This document shows, piece by piece, positions 1 through 10,817 of a DNA stretch of 33,145 nt (positions within the stretch are counted from its first letter, which is position 1; every line of letters begins with the position of its first letter). Source of the DNA: a virus (taxonomy: Duplodnaviria > Heunggongvirae > Uroviricota > Caudoviricetes); the IMG/VR virus record IMGVR_UViG_2879742664_000006. The stretch is one strand, 5' to 3'. Made by a program: the position numbers and the translations under genes. Under the pieces are notes generated by a model. That model made no database searches and had not been told where the DNA came from. It was given only the letters and a program-made list of their open reading frames with translations.

Positions 1-55
1 GTGAACCGCCCCGGGAATCCTGGAGACTAAACTCCCTGAGAAAGAGGTAAACAGG

Positions 56-382
56 ATGACTAAAAATACTCGTTTTTCCCCCGAAGTCCGTCAGAGGGCG
101 ATTCGTATGGTTCTGGAAAGTCAGGGCGAATATGACTCACAGTGGGCGGCAATTTGTTCCATTGCCCCAAAGATTGGCTGTACACCGGAGACTCTGCGTG
201 TCTGGGTACGCCAGCATGAGCGGGATACCGGAGGCGGTGATGGCGGGCTCACCACCGCTGAACGTCAGCGTCTGAAAGAGCTGGAACGTGAAAATCGTGA
301 ACTGCGCCGCAGTAACGATATCCTTCGCCAGGCTTCCGCTTATTTTGCGAAGGCGGAGTTCGACCGCCTCTGGAAAAAGTGA
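56..382 (+). CDS. IS3-family transposase OrfA (HTH DNA-binding subunit)
   Basis: 108-aa [29 protein letters not shown]... with leucine-zipper-like C-terminus ([18 protein letters not shown]), typical of IS3-family OrfA. Confidence 0.9.
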   Translation: MTKNTRFSPEVRQRAIRMVLESQGEYDSQWAAICSIAPKIGCTPETLRVWVRQHERDTGGGDGGLTTAERQRLKELERENRELRRSNDILRQASAYFAKAEFDRLWKK

Positions 383-1269
383 TGCCACTGCTGGATAAGC
401 TGCGTAAGCTGTACGGGGTCGGACCGGTATGCAGTGAACTACATATTGCCCCGTCAACGTATTACCACTGTCAGCAACAGCGACATCATCCTGATAAACG
501 CAGTGCCCGTGCGCAGCGCGATGACTGGCTGAAGAAAGAGATACTGCGCGTATACGATGGGAATCATCAGGTATACGGTGTGCGTAAAGTCTGGCGTCAG
601 TTGTTACGGGAAGGTATCAGAGTGGCCAGATGCACTGTGGCACGTCTCATGGCGGTTATGGGACTTGCCGGTGTTCTCCGGGGTAAAAAGGTCCGTACGA
701 CCATCAGCCGGAAAGCCGTTGCCGCAGGCGACCGCGTAAACCGTCAGTTCGTGGCAGAACGACCTGACCAGCTGTGGGTGGCTGATTTTACTTACGTCAG
801 CACATGGCAGGGCTTCGTCTATGTGGCGTTCATTATTGATGTGTTTGCCGGATACATCGTGGGGTGGCGGGTCTCATCGTCCATGGAAACGACATTCGTG
901 CTGGATGCTCTGGAGCAGGCGTTATGGGCCCGTCGACCGTCCGGCACGGTCCATCACAGTGATAAAGGTTCTCAGTATGTATCGCTGGCCTACACACAGC
1001 GGCTTAAGGAAGCCGGATTACTGGCATCAACAGGAAGTACAGGCGACTCGTATGACAACGCGATGGCGGAGAGCATCAATGGTCTTTACAAAGCGGAGGT
1101 AATACACCGTAAGAGCTGGAAAAACCGTGCAGAAGTGGAACTGGCCACACTCACGTGGGTGGACTGGTATAATAATCGACGATTGCTGGAAAGGCTGGGC
1201 CACATCCCTCCGGCAGAAGCAGAAAAAGCTTATTATGCTTCCATCGGAAACGATGATCTGGCAGCCTGA
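379..1269 (+). CDS. IS3-family transposase OrfB (DDE catalytic domain), normally made as an OrfAB fusion by -1 frameshifting
   Basis: 296-aa ORF overlapping the orfA stop in the -1 frame; integrase-core-like residues (WVADFTY... HSDKGSQY... [15 protein letters not shown]). Confidence 0.9.
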   Translation: MMPLLDKLRKLYGVGPVCSELHIAPSTYYHCQQQRHHPDKRSARAQRDDWLKKEILRVYDGNHQVYGVRKVWRQLLREGIRVARCTVARLMAVMGLAGVLRGKKVRTTISRKAVAAGDRVNRQFVAERPDQLWVADFTYVSTWQGFVYVAFIIDVFAGYIVGWRVSSSMETTFVLDALEQALWARRPSGTVHHSDKGSQYVSLAYTQRLKEAGLLASTGSTGDSYDNAMAESINGLYKAEVIHRKSWKNRAEVELATLTWVDWYNNRRLLERLGHIPPAEAEKAYYASIGNDDLAA

Positions 1270-1311
1270 GTTCACAGATAAAACACTCTCCAGGAAACCC
1301 GGGGCGGTTCA

Positions 1312-1430
1312 TGCTGAACGTGCGGCCCGTGACTCATTGACCAGAGCAATCCGAAGTCTGTATGACGTGGCTTTTTACGCTGATGATCTGGATGCACTTA
1401 ACGAACTTTCCGAGCTGATCTGTGCCGCAG
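1312..1430 (+). pseudogene. 3' remnant of an unidentified gene trapped between the IS629 end and an IS2 end
   Basis: Open frame ...AERAARDSLTRAIRSLYDVAFYADDLDALNELSELICAAVD runs from the IS629 boundary into the IS2 terminal repeat; no start codon of its own. Confidence 0.3.
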
Positions 1431-1695
1431 TGGATTTGCCCCTATATTTCCAGACATCTGTTATCACTTAACCCATTACAAGCCCGCTGCCGCAGATATT
1501 CCCGTGGCGAGTGATAACCCAGCGCACTATGCGGATGCCATTCGTTATAATGCTCGAACGCCTCTGCAAGGTTCTTTGCTGCCGTTAACCCGTCTGGTTT
1601 GGGCATGATACTGATGTAGTCACGCTTTATCGTTTTCACGAAGCTCTCTGCTATTCCGTTACTCTCCGGACTCCGCACCGCCGTGTTCTTCGGTT
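1431..1695 (-). mobile_element. IS2 right-end fragment (terminal repeat plus 3' end of insD), truncated by IS911
   Basis: Near-identical (1 mismatch seen) to the right end of the complete IS2 at 31416-31680; minus-strand ORF 1442..1768 encodes the InsD C-terminus ([25 protein letters not shown]...). Homology stops abruptly at 1695/1696 where the IS911 repeat begins. Confidence 0.8.
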
Positions 1696-1767
1696 TGAAG
1701 TGGCACACTGAATTTGGCCACCTGAACAGAGGTGATATGCTCACCTCAGAACAACACAGGTGCTCCA

Positions 1768-2936
<1,169 letters not shown>

Positions 2937-2944
2937 CCACTTCA

Positions 2945-3550
2945 AACCGCAAAAAAGCGAACGTCATGCGCCCGGTGGAGTACCAGAACGGCGAAGCATT
3001 CACTATCCGTAACGTACAGGTTATGCCTGAATCCATTCCGGCTGGCTTTAAGGCACTGGCTGACATGAGTCCGTTTGAATCCCTGCTGATTGTGGATTTG
3101 GGCGGAACCACGCTGGATGTGGCAAAGGTTCAGGGGCAACTGGCAGGTATCAGCCAGGTGTTTTGCGATCCACACGTGGGCGTTTCTCTGATGGCCGATG
3201 CCGTACTGTCGGTGATGGCCACTAACGGTATGCGCACCAGTCACCACATCGCCAATACCATTATCGAACATCGCCATGATGAAGCCTGGCTGCGCCAGCA
3301 CATCCACAATGACGCGCATTACGCCAGCCTGATGGCGGTAATTCGTGAAAAGGAAGAAACACTGAAACAACGCGTGATCCGCGCGCTGGCGGTTTTTTCG
3401 GGTTACGGGCGGGTGATGGTTGTCGGTGGAGGGGCGGAGATTGTGGCACCCGCTATCCGCGAAGCCTGCGGAGTTAATGCGACTTTCATCGCGGACGGGG
3501 TGCCACAGTTTGCTCTGGTTAATGGGCTGTACGCAATGGACAAGGAGTAA
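2945..3550 (+). pseudogene. ParM/StbA-like actin-type plasmid segregation ATPase, 5'-truncated by IS911 (C-terminal ~200 aa remain)
   Basis: Contains the actin-fold phosphate-2 motif LIVDLGGTTLDVAKV, preceded by VMPESIPAG and followed by VMVVGGGAE, as in R1 ParM (from memory). The frame opens exactly at the IS911 boundary. Confidence 0.7.
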
Positions 3551-3554
3551 ACCA

Positions 3555-3866
3555 ATGACGACTCCAACCAGACGGATAAGTTTCTATCTGAAGCCCACCG
3601 CCGTCAAGAACGAAGGAGAAGCATGCGCCTGGCTGGACAGCCTTACACCAGAAGCCCGCAAAAGCGGCCAACGCGTGGCTTTTCTGGCCGGGCTGGCACT
3701 TCTGAAAATGAATCCGGCAGAGGCTTATCGACTGGCTGCATGGGCTGGTGATGAAGCGTTATCAGTGACACAAACCAGGACAGAACGCCCCGCATCACAG
3801 CCAGTATCAACCGCACAGATAACCAGTCAGATGGCCGGAAATATCCGGGCGTTATTTCCTGAATAA
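3555..3866 (+). CDS. ParR/StbB-like small DNA-binding partner protein (putative)
   Basis: 103-aa ORF immediately downstream of the parM-like gene, RBS aaggag at 3542-3547; N-terminal ribbon-helix-helix-like region (RRISFYLKP). Assignment rests on position and size. Confidence 0.45.
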   Translation: MTTPTRRISFYLKPTAVKNEGEACAWLDSLTPEARKSGQRVAFLAGLALLKMNPAEAYRLAAWAGDEALSVTQTRTERPASQPVSTAQITSQMAGNIRALFPE

Positions 3867-3929
3867 CACAACATCAGGGCGAGTTCGCCCTGCTCTCCAC
3901 CTCAGAACATAAACAAGGAGAACGACTTA

Positions 3930-4520
3930 ATGAGCGAAATCAACTATCAGGCATTACGTGAACGTTATTCACCTGTGCCAGTACCGAAATGCCCTATTTG
4001 CGGCGAGGAAATGTCAATTCAGCGAATATCTGGAGCACAGGTTGTTTATGCCTGCTCCGGTTATGGTGATGATGGAGATTTCAAAATTGGCCGAACTCTT
4101 GCTGACAAACATTATGAAAAATCACGCGTAACAGTGTTGGATGTCGGGGATCCTGAAGTATTGGCGCTACTTGATTGGCTGGAAACCAAAGACAACCGAA
4201 TCGCTGAACTGGAAAAAATCGCCACTGACTATGCACTTAAATTCCAGAAAGCACAGGACGCATTAAAGCATGCCGCTTTGCTGCATAGCAGGACGGCGCA
4301 ACAAACAAATAATTTTGCAGTATCGCTTCCGGACATAAGCGAATATTTCATTAATGACGTATTTCAGCCCTTGCGATACGAGCGGGATGTTGAAAGAGCC
4401 ATCATAAAGGCTGGCGGAAAAGCATTGTGGCAGGAGAAACACGAGGACAGAACGCATCAGTCATGCGATGTAAATTGTGGATGGTTTAGCCCACTGACGA
4501 CAGATAAAAATAACACCTGA
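3930..4520 (+). CDS. Hypothetical protein with N-terminal CxxC...C zinc-ribbon-like motif
   Basis: 196-aa ORF; CPICGEEMSIQRISGAQVVYACSGYGDD; central coiled-coil-like stretch. No recognisable family. Confidence 0.6.
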   Translation: MSEINYQALRERYSPVPVPKCPICGEEMSIQRISGAQVVYACSGYGDDGDFKIGRTLADKHYEKSRVTVLDVGDPEVLALLDWLETKDNRIAELEKIATDYALKFQKAQDALKHAALLHSRTAQQTNNFAVSLPDISEYFINDVFQPLRYERDVERAIIKAGGKALWQEKHEDRTHQSCDVNCGWFSPLTTDKNNT

Positions 4521-4947
4521 TCCCCCTCAAACCAGGGCGATAATCGCACATCGCCCTGCTGCACATTTGCACAATTTTTTTGAACGAATTTTTGCCCTTC
4601 CAGCCCGCGTGGCGGCTGGATCCGTCAAGGATCCGTGCGTGCACAAAAAAACGCGCTTTTTCTGCGCGCAGGTGACGGGGGAACAGCCCGCGTTTCAGGG
4701 GGTAAATAGCGTTCCCTTAACGATGTCGCAGCGACACGACAGAATGGCCGTATTTCTCACGCTGAGCGTGAAAAATACGTGAGGGATTCTGATTTGATGG
4801 GGTGAAAGGTAAGGCCGTCAAAATCGCACTGAGGCGGCGAGAACATGCAGTCAACGCGGTGGGATTGCGTAAGAGTCTGACCGTCGATGGTGGCGATAAA
4901 CTGGAAGGCGTCGTGAAATTATCTGACTGATACAGGAGCTGGAGAGT

Positions 4948-4972
4948 CGGGGCATAAATTTTTTATGCCCCG
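4948..4972. terminator. Stem-loop between convergent genes (putative bidirectional terminator)
   Basis: cggggcataaa / tttatgccccg perfect inverted repeat with a T-rich loop, just 3' of the portal gene stop. Confidence 0.35.
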
Positions 4973-4998
4973 GCGAAGCAGCAGACAAGCGAAGCGCG

Positions 4999-6041
4999 TC
5001 AGGATGTGGGCTGGATGTCTAACAGTGCGTAAGGGTTAAAGCGGATCACCTCTTCGCCAAGCCAGTCATTGATGTGCTTCATGGCCTCCATGACGGGCAT
5101 CAGCTCGTTAATTGCGTAAACCCGCGCGGCCTTCTCCACATCACCAAACGCACTTTTTTCACCCGGCATCGCCCCCATCAGTTGCGGCGGAACGCGGTGC
5201 GCAGCCAGCACATCATCACGGGATGCCGCCTTAACATTCATGAACTCATCCTTTGCGGTGATCTGCTGGAACGGCAAAATTTGCACCCCCTCTTTGCCCC
5301 CGTTGGGCGCATGAATGAGCACGTTTTTAAACGCACCACCACCACGCGCACCCTGTAGCGTTTCTTTCAGGGAGTCCATGCTTTCGCGGTTTACCTGCGC
5401 GGCACCGATGTAGATGATGCACCCGGCGTGGGATCCGTTGTCGTAATACAGTTTTCTGAACATGTCCGCCGAATGAGACAGGCTGGCCGAGAGTAATGCG
5501 CCGAGATATTCCGGCATGCCGTAGATTTCCTGGTTAATGTCAGGATTCATCAGGTGACACACTTTGCCTGGGCGAAACTGAAACGCATCCTTGCCATCCT
5601 GCACATACCTCCATGATTCAAGATCGCTTCCGCGTCGCATGTATTTCGCCAGGGCGTGCCGTAATTTAAGCGGTTCGCCGAGCATATTGCTTCGAAGCTC
5701 AAGGAATGCGTTACCGAACACAAACCAGTCCAGCGCCAGCGCCAGCGCCGAGAAATCCTGCCGGGAAAGCAGCGGGTGCGGGATGTAGCAACCGAGCAAT
5801 ACATTGCGCTTAAAATAAAGCGCAGACTGATGCCAGGACGTTTGCCGGGCAGCTCTTGCCAGACCGTACCAGTCCACCGGGGTTTCATACCACCGCCCGT
5901 TATCAGCACAGTACATATTGTCCAGCAGGTCAGGCGATAAGGACCATCAAATGTGAATGCACTGAGCGATGATTCTTTCCTGAGCGCATCAGCGAGATCA
6001 ATGCGTGAACTCATGCGCACTTTTTTATTTTTTCTGCTCAT
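4999..6041 (-). pseudogene. Q: P2 gpQ-like portal protein, interrupted by a 1-bp frameshift near 5917-5946 as sequenced
   Basis: N-terminus MSRKNKKVRMSSRIDLADALRKESSLSAFTFDGP in one frame (track ORF 5550..6041), remainder MYCADNGRWYETPVDWYGL...RFNPYALLDIQPTS in another (4999..5916). Combined length 1043 nt is one short of a multiple of 3. Start overlaps the terminase stop (ATGA). Confidence 0.8.
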
Positions 6042-7792
6042 CAGAACTCCATAACCGTGAAACGCTCGTTTTCTCCTTCGCCGCCAATCGGTTCGTTAAT
6101 GACAGCAAGCATGGTTGCCCACGCAAGGTCGCCGTGGCTGATCCCCCTCGCTCGGTCCGTTTCGTAAGTGATAAAGCCGCCCGGTGTTTTCACCTTACGC
6201 ACGGCGTTAAAGGCCGCGACCAGCTCGCGTTCGGCGCGATCGTATTCCCACCGCCCGGCACGCATTATTTGCAGCATTTTCAGTACCAGCGACCGTTTTG
6301 ATGACAGCGTGAAGGTGTACGGAATAGCGGCAGGGAAAAACCGTTTCACTATCTGATAAACAGCCTCCCCGTTCCCGCCCGTCACATCAATGCCGATGTG
6401 TTCCACGTTGTAGCGACACGTGAACTCTTCAATGACTCTGGCCTGTTCTTCAAACTCCAGCCCCTGAACGCGTCGCGTCTCCACCGTTCGAAAACGGCCA
6501 CCAGGAACAGACGGAGGAACCACCACGGACACAGCGCCGCTGTCGCCGTTGCCACTGCTGCCGTTTGCGTCATACCCAATCCATACCGGACGATTCCCCA
6601 TCGGGCGGGGAGCAAAAGGTTTCCAGTCTTTCCAGTCGTCGTATCCGTCAACGCCGCAGCCAATCAGGATATTCAGGTTAAATGCCGATTCCCCTTCGCG
6701 GACAAACTCACACATATAGAGATTGAGGAACTCGTCTTCGGTGTTTTCATCACGAATTTCGTCGATATCGGTGTGTTTCCAGCCGTGATTAACCACATCT
6801 TCCAGCGTGACAATTTGCCGCCACGTCCGGTCAGGGCAGATAAGCCCGTTATGCAGCGTTTTCCAGTCCACAGAAAAACGCTGGCGTTTATGCGAGGCCT
6901 TTTTCTCGTTCCAGCGGTCGCCGTTCCAGTAGGCGTATGCCTCGTGCGTTTCGGTGGATGGCGTGGAGAAGTAGGTGCGCCGCAGTCCGCTGAGGGTTGC
7001 CATAGCGCCAGCCACCTTGCGCAGTTCAGCAAAGCGACTGACCCAGAAAAATTCATCAAAATAAAAATTGCCCGTATAGGACTGTGCCGACGCAGCAGAA
7101 GTGCCGAGAAAATGCAGCTCTGCGCCGTTGGAGAGGATGATTTTATCGCCCCCTTTCAGCTCCACATCAACTTCAGCCGCGGCCTTCTGAATAATGCTTT
7201 TAAACTGGAACGCCTGACGACGCGACGCAGACAAAAAAATCTGGTTACGCTGGTAAGGTTGCGCCACATCGTCACGCAGCGCCATCAGCAGTGCTTCCTG
7301 TGCAAAATACCAGGTCGCCCCAATCTGTCGGGATTTCAGGATCATCCTGTTACGTATCCCGGCTTCCCTGCAAAGGGTCAGGGAGTCAAACCAGCCCCGC
7401 TGATGCCACTCCAGCCTGCTGATGATTTTTTCCCGCAGTGCGGCAATCTGTTCCGGCGTGAAATGATTTTTGAGTTTTTTCGCCCGGCCTTTCTTTCCTG
7501 CGGCCATCACATCCGGCTGGCCATCATGCAGCTTTTTAAGCTGCCGGGTCAGCAGGTCTATTTCCTTAAAGTCACCGCCTGTTTTATTCTGTTTTTCAGT
7601 AAGCTGGATGAGGCGCGCATCGATGGACTGCGTGACACGCTGCCCGGGTGGCGTTTCATCCCACTGGTCACGTTTTTTCCACGCATAAATCGTGTTCGGG
7701 TTTATTCCCATCAGACGTGATATTTCTGCGGGCGGATAACCCTGCCAGTAAAGTTGCCGCGCACGCTGGCGCACAAAAGCGTCCTGAATCAT
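6041..7792 (-). CDS. P: P2 gpP-like terminase large (ATPase) subunit
   Basis: 583-aa intact ORF upstream of the portal gene and divergent from the scaffold gene, the P2 P-Q arrangement. Confidence 0.95.
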   Translation of the reverse strand: MIQDAFVRQRARQLYWQGYPPAEISRLMGINPNTIYAWKKRDQWDETPPGQRVTQSIDARLIQLTEKQNKTGGDFKEIDLLTRQLKKLHDGQPDVMAAGKKGRAKKLKNHFTPEQIAALREKIISRLEWHQRGWFDSLTLCREAGIRNRMILKSRQIGATWYFAQEALLMALRDDVAQPYQRNQIFLSASRRQAFQFKSIIQKAAAEVDVELKGGDKIILSNGAELHFLGTSAASAQSYTGNFYFDEFFWVSRFAELRKVAGAMATLSGLRRTYFSTPSTETHEAYAYWNGDRWNEKKASHKRQRFSVDWKTLHNGLICPDRTWRQIVTLEDVVNHGWKHTDIDEIRDENTEDEFLNLYMCEFVREGESAFNLNILIGCGVDGYDDWKDWKPFAPRPMGNRPVWIGYDANGSSGNGDSGAVSVVVPPSVPGGRFRTVETRRVQGLEFEEQARVIEEFTCRYNVEHIGIDVTGGNGEAVYQIVKRFFPAAIPYTFTLSSKRSLVLKMLQIMRAGRWEYDRAERELVAAFNAVRKVKTPGGFITYETDRARGISHGDLAWATMLAVINEPIGGEGENERFTVMEF

Positions 7793-7946
7793 TGCTCCCC
7801 CTGAGTAATTACAGGAAGATTACCCGCGCGCGAAACTGTTCTCCTTAACCCTCTGTTCTGGCCGTTTTCTTACAACAAAAGCCCTTTGTATCAGCCTGTT
7901 ACGCTTTGCCATCATGACTGAAGAACCAGTCAGAGGGGCAAAAACT
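7793..7946. promoter_or_regulatory. Divergent intergenic region between terminase P (-) and scaffold O (+); expected site of late promoters
   Basis: 154-bp non-coding gap between divergent operons; RBS gagggg 8 nt before the O start. No activator-binding site could be confirmed by eye. Confidence 0.3.
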
Positions 7947-8783
7947 ATGGCTAATGAAAAAAAGACATCCCGCAAAAAGTTTCGCGTGGCTGTCTCCGGA
8001 TCAACTGTTGATGGCCGTGAAATCAGTCCGGTGCATCTGCGTGAAGCCGCCGAGAACTTCAACCCGGATGTTTACGCTGCCCGCGTGAACGTTGAGCACT
8101 ATCTCTCGCCATGCCCGTCAAGCGAATTTTCCGCAATGGGCGATGTCACCGCACTGAGTACGGAAGACATTACGGAAGGTCCGCTGGCCGGACGTACTGC
8201 GCTGTATGCAGAAATCGAACCGACCGAGCGCATGAAGCAGCTTGTTGCGGACGGCAAGAAAATCTATTCCAGTATCGAACTGCACCCGCAGTTCTCCGTT
8301 AACGGGCGCGCCTATCTGGTCGGGCTGGCGATGACCGACACCCCGGCAAGCCTGGGCACTGAGCGCCTGAAATTCACGGCACAGCAACGTCAGGCGGTGA
8401 TGACGTTTAACAGTATCCAGGGTGAAGCGCCGCTTATCTCCGAAGCCATCGAGTCTGAAATCATCGAAATGGCAGAACAACGCCAGGAAGAAGGCACCCA
8501 GTGGTTTAACCGCGTAATGGGGATTATTGGCCGTGGCCGCAAAGCGGATGACGCCAGTTTTTCCCGTATTCAGGAAGCGGTGGAAGGCGTCGCAACGTCA
8601 CAGGCCGACATTATCGACCGTTTTAATGTGCTGGAAACCCGCCATCAGCAGGACCGCCAGAAAATTACGTCACTGACCACAGAGCTGGCAGCACTGAAGG
8701 AAAAACTGCGCACGCAGGACGGCGATCCGCAGAACCGCTTCACCGCAACGGGCGCAGCCTCCGACCAGCTGGCCGACTTCTGA
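7947..8783 (+). CDS. O: P2 gpO-like capsid scaffolding protein
   Basis: MANEKKTSRKKFRVAVSGSTVDGREISPVHLREAAENFNPDVY...; acidic C-terminus; position between P and N. Start taken at the internal ATG 7947 with an RBS. Confidence 0.9.
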   Translation: MANEKKTSRKKFRVAVSGSTVDGREISPVHLREAAENFNPDVYAARVNVEHYLSPCPSSEFSAMGDVTALSTEDITEGPLAGRTALYAEIEPTERMKQLVADGKKIYSSIELHPQFSVNGRAYLVGLAMTDTPASLGTERLKFTAQQRQAVMTFNSIQGEAPLISEAIESEIIEMAEQRQEEGTQWFNRVMGIIGRGRKADDASFSRIQEAVEGVATSQADIIDRFNVLETRHQQDRQKITSLTTELAALKEKLRTQDGDPQNRFTATGAASDQLADF

Positions 8784-8806
8784 TTAGACAAAGGAGCAAA
8801 TTTTTT

Positions 8807-9858
8807 ATGAATCTGGTGATGTCAGATATTACCCGCAACAAGCTGGGTTGCTATATGGCGCAGCAGGTGTCGCTTAATAATATCCCGGTATCTGCACTGG
8901 TGTCGCGATTTACCGTGGAACCCGCGGTGCAGCAGCGTTTTGAAAACGCCTCAAAGGAAAGTACCGAATTTACGAAAAAAATAACGTGATCGGCGTGACC
9001 GACCAGAAAGGCGAAAAAATCCTCCTGGATACCACAGGACCGATTGCGCGCACGAATACCAGTTATGACGGCACAAAACGCCGTAACCCGAATAACGTGG
9101 TTGATCTGAAAAACCGCAAATATCAGTGTGAACAGGTGAACTACGACACGTTTATTTCGTATCCGCAGCTTGATGCCTGGTCGGCACACCCTGATTTTCA
9201 GTCCCGCATCAGCGCACAGATTGCCCGACAGGTGGCGCTTGACCGCATCATGATCGGTTTCAACGGCACGTCTCACGCGGATGAGTCCAACTTCAGCACC
9301 AACAAGCTGCTTCAGGACGTTAACGTGGGCTGGCTGGAGCACATCAGAACCGACGCCAGCGAACGCGTTATGAATGACGTGACGCTGACCTCCCGCAACA
9401 TGGACAACACCGTGGCGCACGCGGGTAAGTATGCGAACGCTGATGCACTGGTACAGGACGCGCGTTCATCCCTGCTAGATGAATGGCACAAGGAAGCTGA
9501 CGACCTCGTGGTGATTATGGGGCGCAACCTGTTTAACTCGCTGCGTCTGCCCGTGCTGAACAGCATCAGCGGCCAGAATCCCAATGCGGAATTACTCGCC
9601 GGGCAGCTCATCCTGTCATCGCGCACCATTGGCGGGCTGGGCGTGTTCCTTGCGCCGTTCTTCCCGGATGCAACGATGCTGATCACCTCGTTCAACAACC
9701 TGTCGATTTACTGGCAGAAAGGTTCAATGCGTCGCCTGATGAAAGACGAGCCGGAATACAACCGCATCGCCACCTACCAGTCCATCAATGACGCTTATGT
9801 CGTTGAAGACTATGGCAAGTGCGCGATGGTTACTGGCCTGAAGTTCGCCGACAGCTAA
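8807..9858 (+). pseudogene. N: P2 gpN-like major capsid protein, frameshifted in an A-run at about 8975-8986 as sequenced
   Basis: Track ORFs 8807..8989 (ends ...ESTEFTKKIT*) and 8986..9858 (...VIGVTDQKGEKILLDTTGPIA...) are both capsid-like and adjacent frames; adding one base in acgaaaaaaataacg gives continuous ...TEFTKKINVIGVTDQ.... Confidence 0.85.
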
Positions 9859-9903
9859 TCAACTCACGGCGGGCATCATGCCCGCCTGTAACGGAGAGCA
9901 AAA

Positions 9904-10650
9904 ATGATTACTCCTGCACAACAACACTGGCAGAACGTGATGGCACAGCGCGCAGGCCGGGCGAATGAAGGCGTGGACCACGCCGCGCGTACCGCGCATG
10001 AAGAGGTGCTGTATCGTCTGCGTCTGGCACAGGCCCGGCTTAAGGGCGTACAGGCCAGAAGCGCGAAAGCCGCCATCAAAAAAGAGTTGTTGCCGGATTT
10101 TTCCGGCTGGATTGAGGGAACGCTGGAGGCTGACGGCGGGCAGCAGGATGAAGTGATTGCCACGCTGATGGTGTGGGCGATTGACTGTGGCGATCTTCCG
10201 CTTGCGCTGCGTATCGGCGCGTATGTAGTCCGTCACAACCTCATCATGCCGGATAACTTTGGCCGTACTGCTGCCACGGTACTGACCGAAGAAATCTGTA
10301 ATCCGGTACTGACGCAGGCCGGGACGGATGCCGACGCGGATTTGTCCGCCTTTATCGAACCACTGGACACCCTCCGGGAGATTGTCACCGACCAGGACAT
10401 GCCGGACGAAGTGCGCGCCAAATTATGCAAAGCGTGCGCCTTTGCCCGCCGTGGCCTGAGTGATGCGGACAGCATGGCCCTGTCACTGAAGCTGCTGCGC
10501 GAAGCAATGCACCTGAACCCGAACGCAGGTGTGAAACGCGAGATTGCAACCCTTTCCCGCGCCCTGAAAAAAGCCGATTCCGCAGCCGAACCAGAAGACG
10601 CCAGCGCACAGCAGGCGCAGGACGAAAGCAGCAAAAAGCAGCAAAAGTAA
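9904..10650 (+). CDS. M: P2 gpM-like terminase small (endonuclease) subunit
   Basis: 248-aa ORF following the capsid gene, as in P2. Confidence 0.9.
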   Translation: MITPAQQHWQNVMAQRAGRANEGVDHAARTAHEEVLYRLRLAQARLKGVQARSAKAAIKKELLPDFSGWIEGTLEADGGQQDEVIATLMVWAIDCGDLPLALRIGAYVVRHNLIMPDNFGRTAATVLTEEICNPVLTQAGTDADADLSAFIEPLDTLREIVTDQDMPDEVRAKLCKACAFARRGLSDADSMALSLKLLREAMHLNPNAGVKREIATLSRALKKADSAAEPEDASAQQAQDESSKKQQK

Positions 10651-10817
10651 AAAGACAACGCGGAAGCCTGCAACACGAAAAACCACCGCGACGCAGAAGG
10701 CGAAGCGCGGTTAACGACTGACCCCGTCAGCGGGCGGCGTGCGCGGTGTTCCAGTTTGACTCCGTGACCGTTTACACCGCGCACCCACCGCCCGATTTTT
10801 TTTCAGGAGTGAACCCC

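Larger units (their letters stand above)
2..1311 (+). mobile_element. Complete IS3-family insertion sequence, IS629/IS1203-like (1310 bp)
   Basis: Terminal inverted repeats tgaaccgccccgg (from pos 2) and ccggggcggttca (ending 1311); two overlapping transposase ORFs with an A5G slippery motif at 374-379. Element name is from memory of the OrfA sequence. Confidence 0.85.

Noticed and set aside
1127-1471. 114-aa plus-strand ORF spanning the IS629 end, the orphan fragment and the IS2 end
   Set aside because: Chimeric across three unrelated DNA segments; only 1312-1430 may be a genuine gene remnant.
4567-4782. 71-aa plus-strand ORF in the region upstream of the portal gene
   Set aside because: No RBS, no recognisable features, and it sits in a repeat-containing non-coding region that probably holds packaging or regulatory sites.
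5550-6041. 163-aa minus-strand ORF treated as an independent gene
   Set aside because: Only its first ~35 codons are real (the portal N-terminus); the rest is out-of-frame read-through after the portal frameshift.
6398-7720. 440-aa plus-strand ORF
   Set aside because: Lies entirely antisense to the well-conserved terminase large subunit gene; stop-free frame in GC-rich coding DNA with no RBS or family resemblance.
7793-7946. Ogr-type late promoter motif (TGT-N12-ACA) in the P/O divergent region
   Set aside because: I looked for the dyad by eye and found no exact match; the region is annotated only as a likely promoter region, without a specific binding site.
10233-10784. 183-aa minus-strand ORF
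   Set aside because: Antisense to the terminase small subunit gene; low-complexity Ser/Ala-rich translation.
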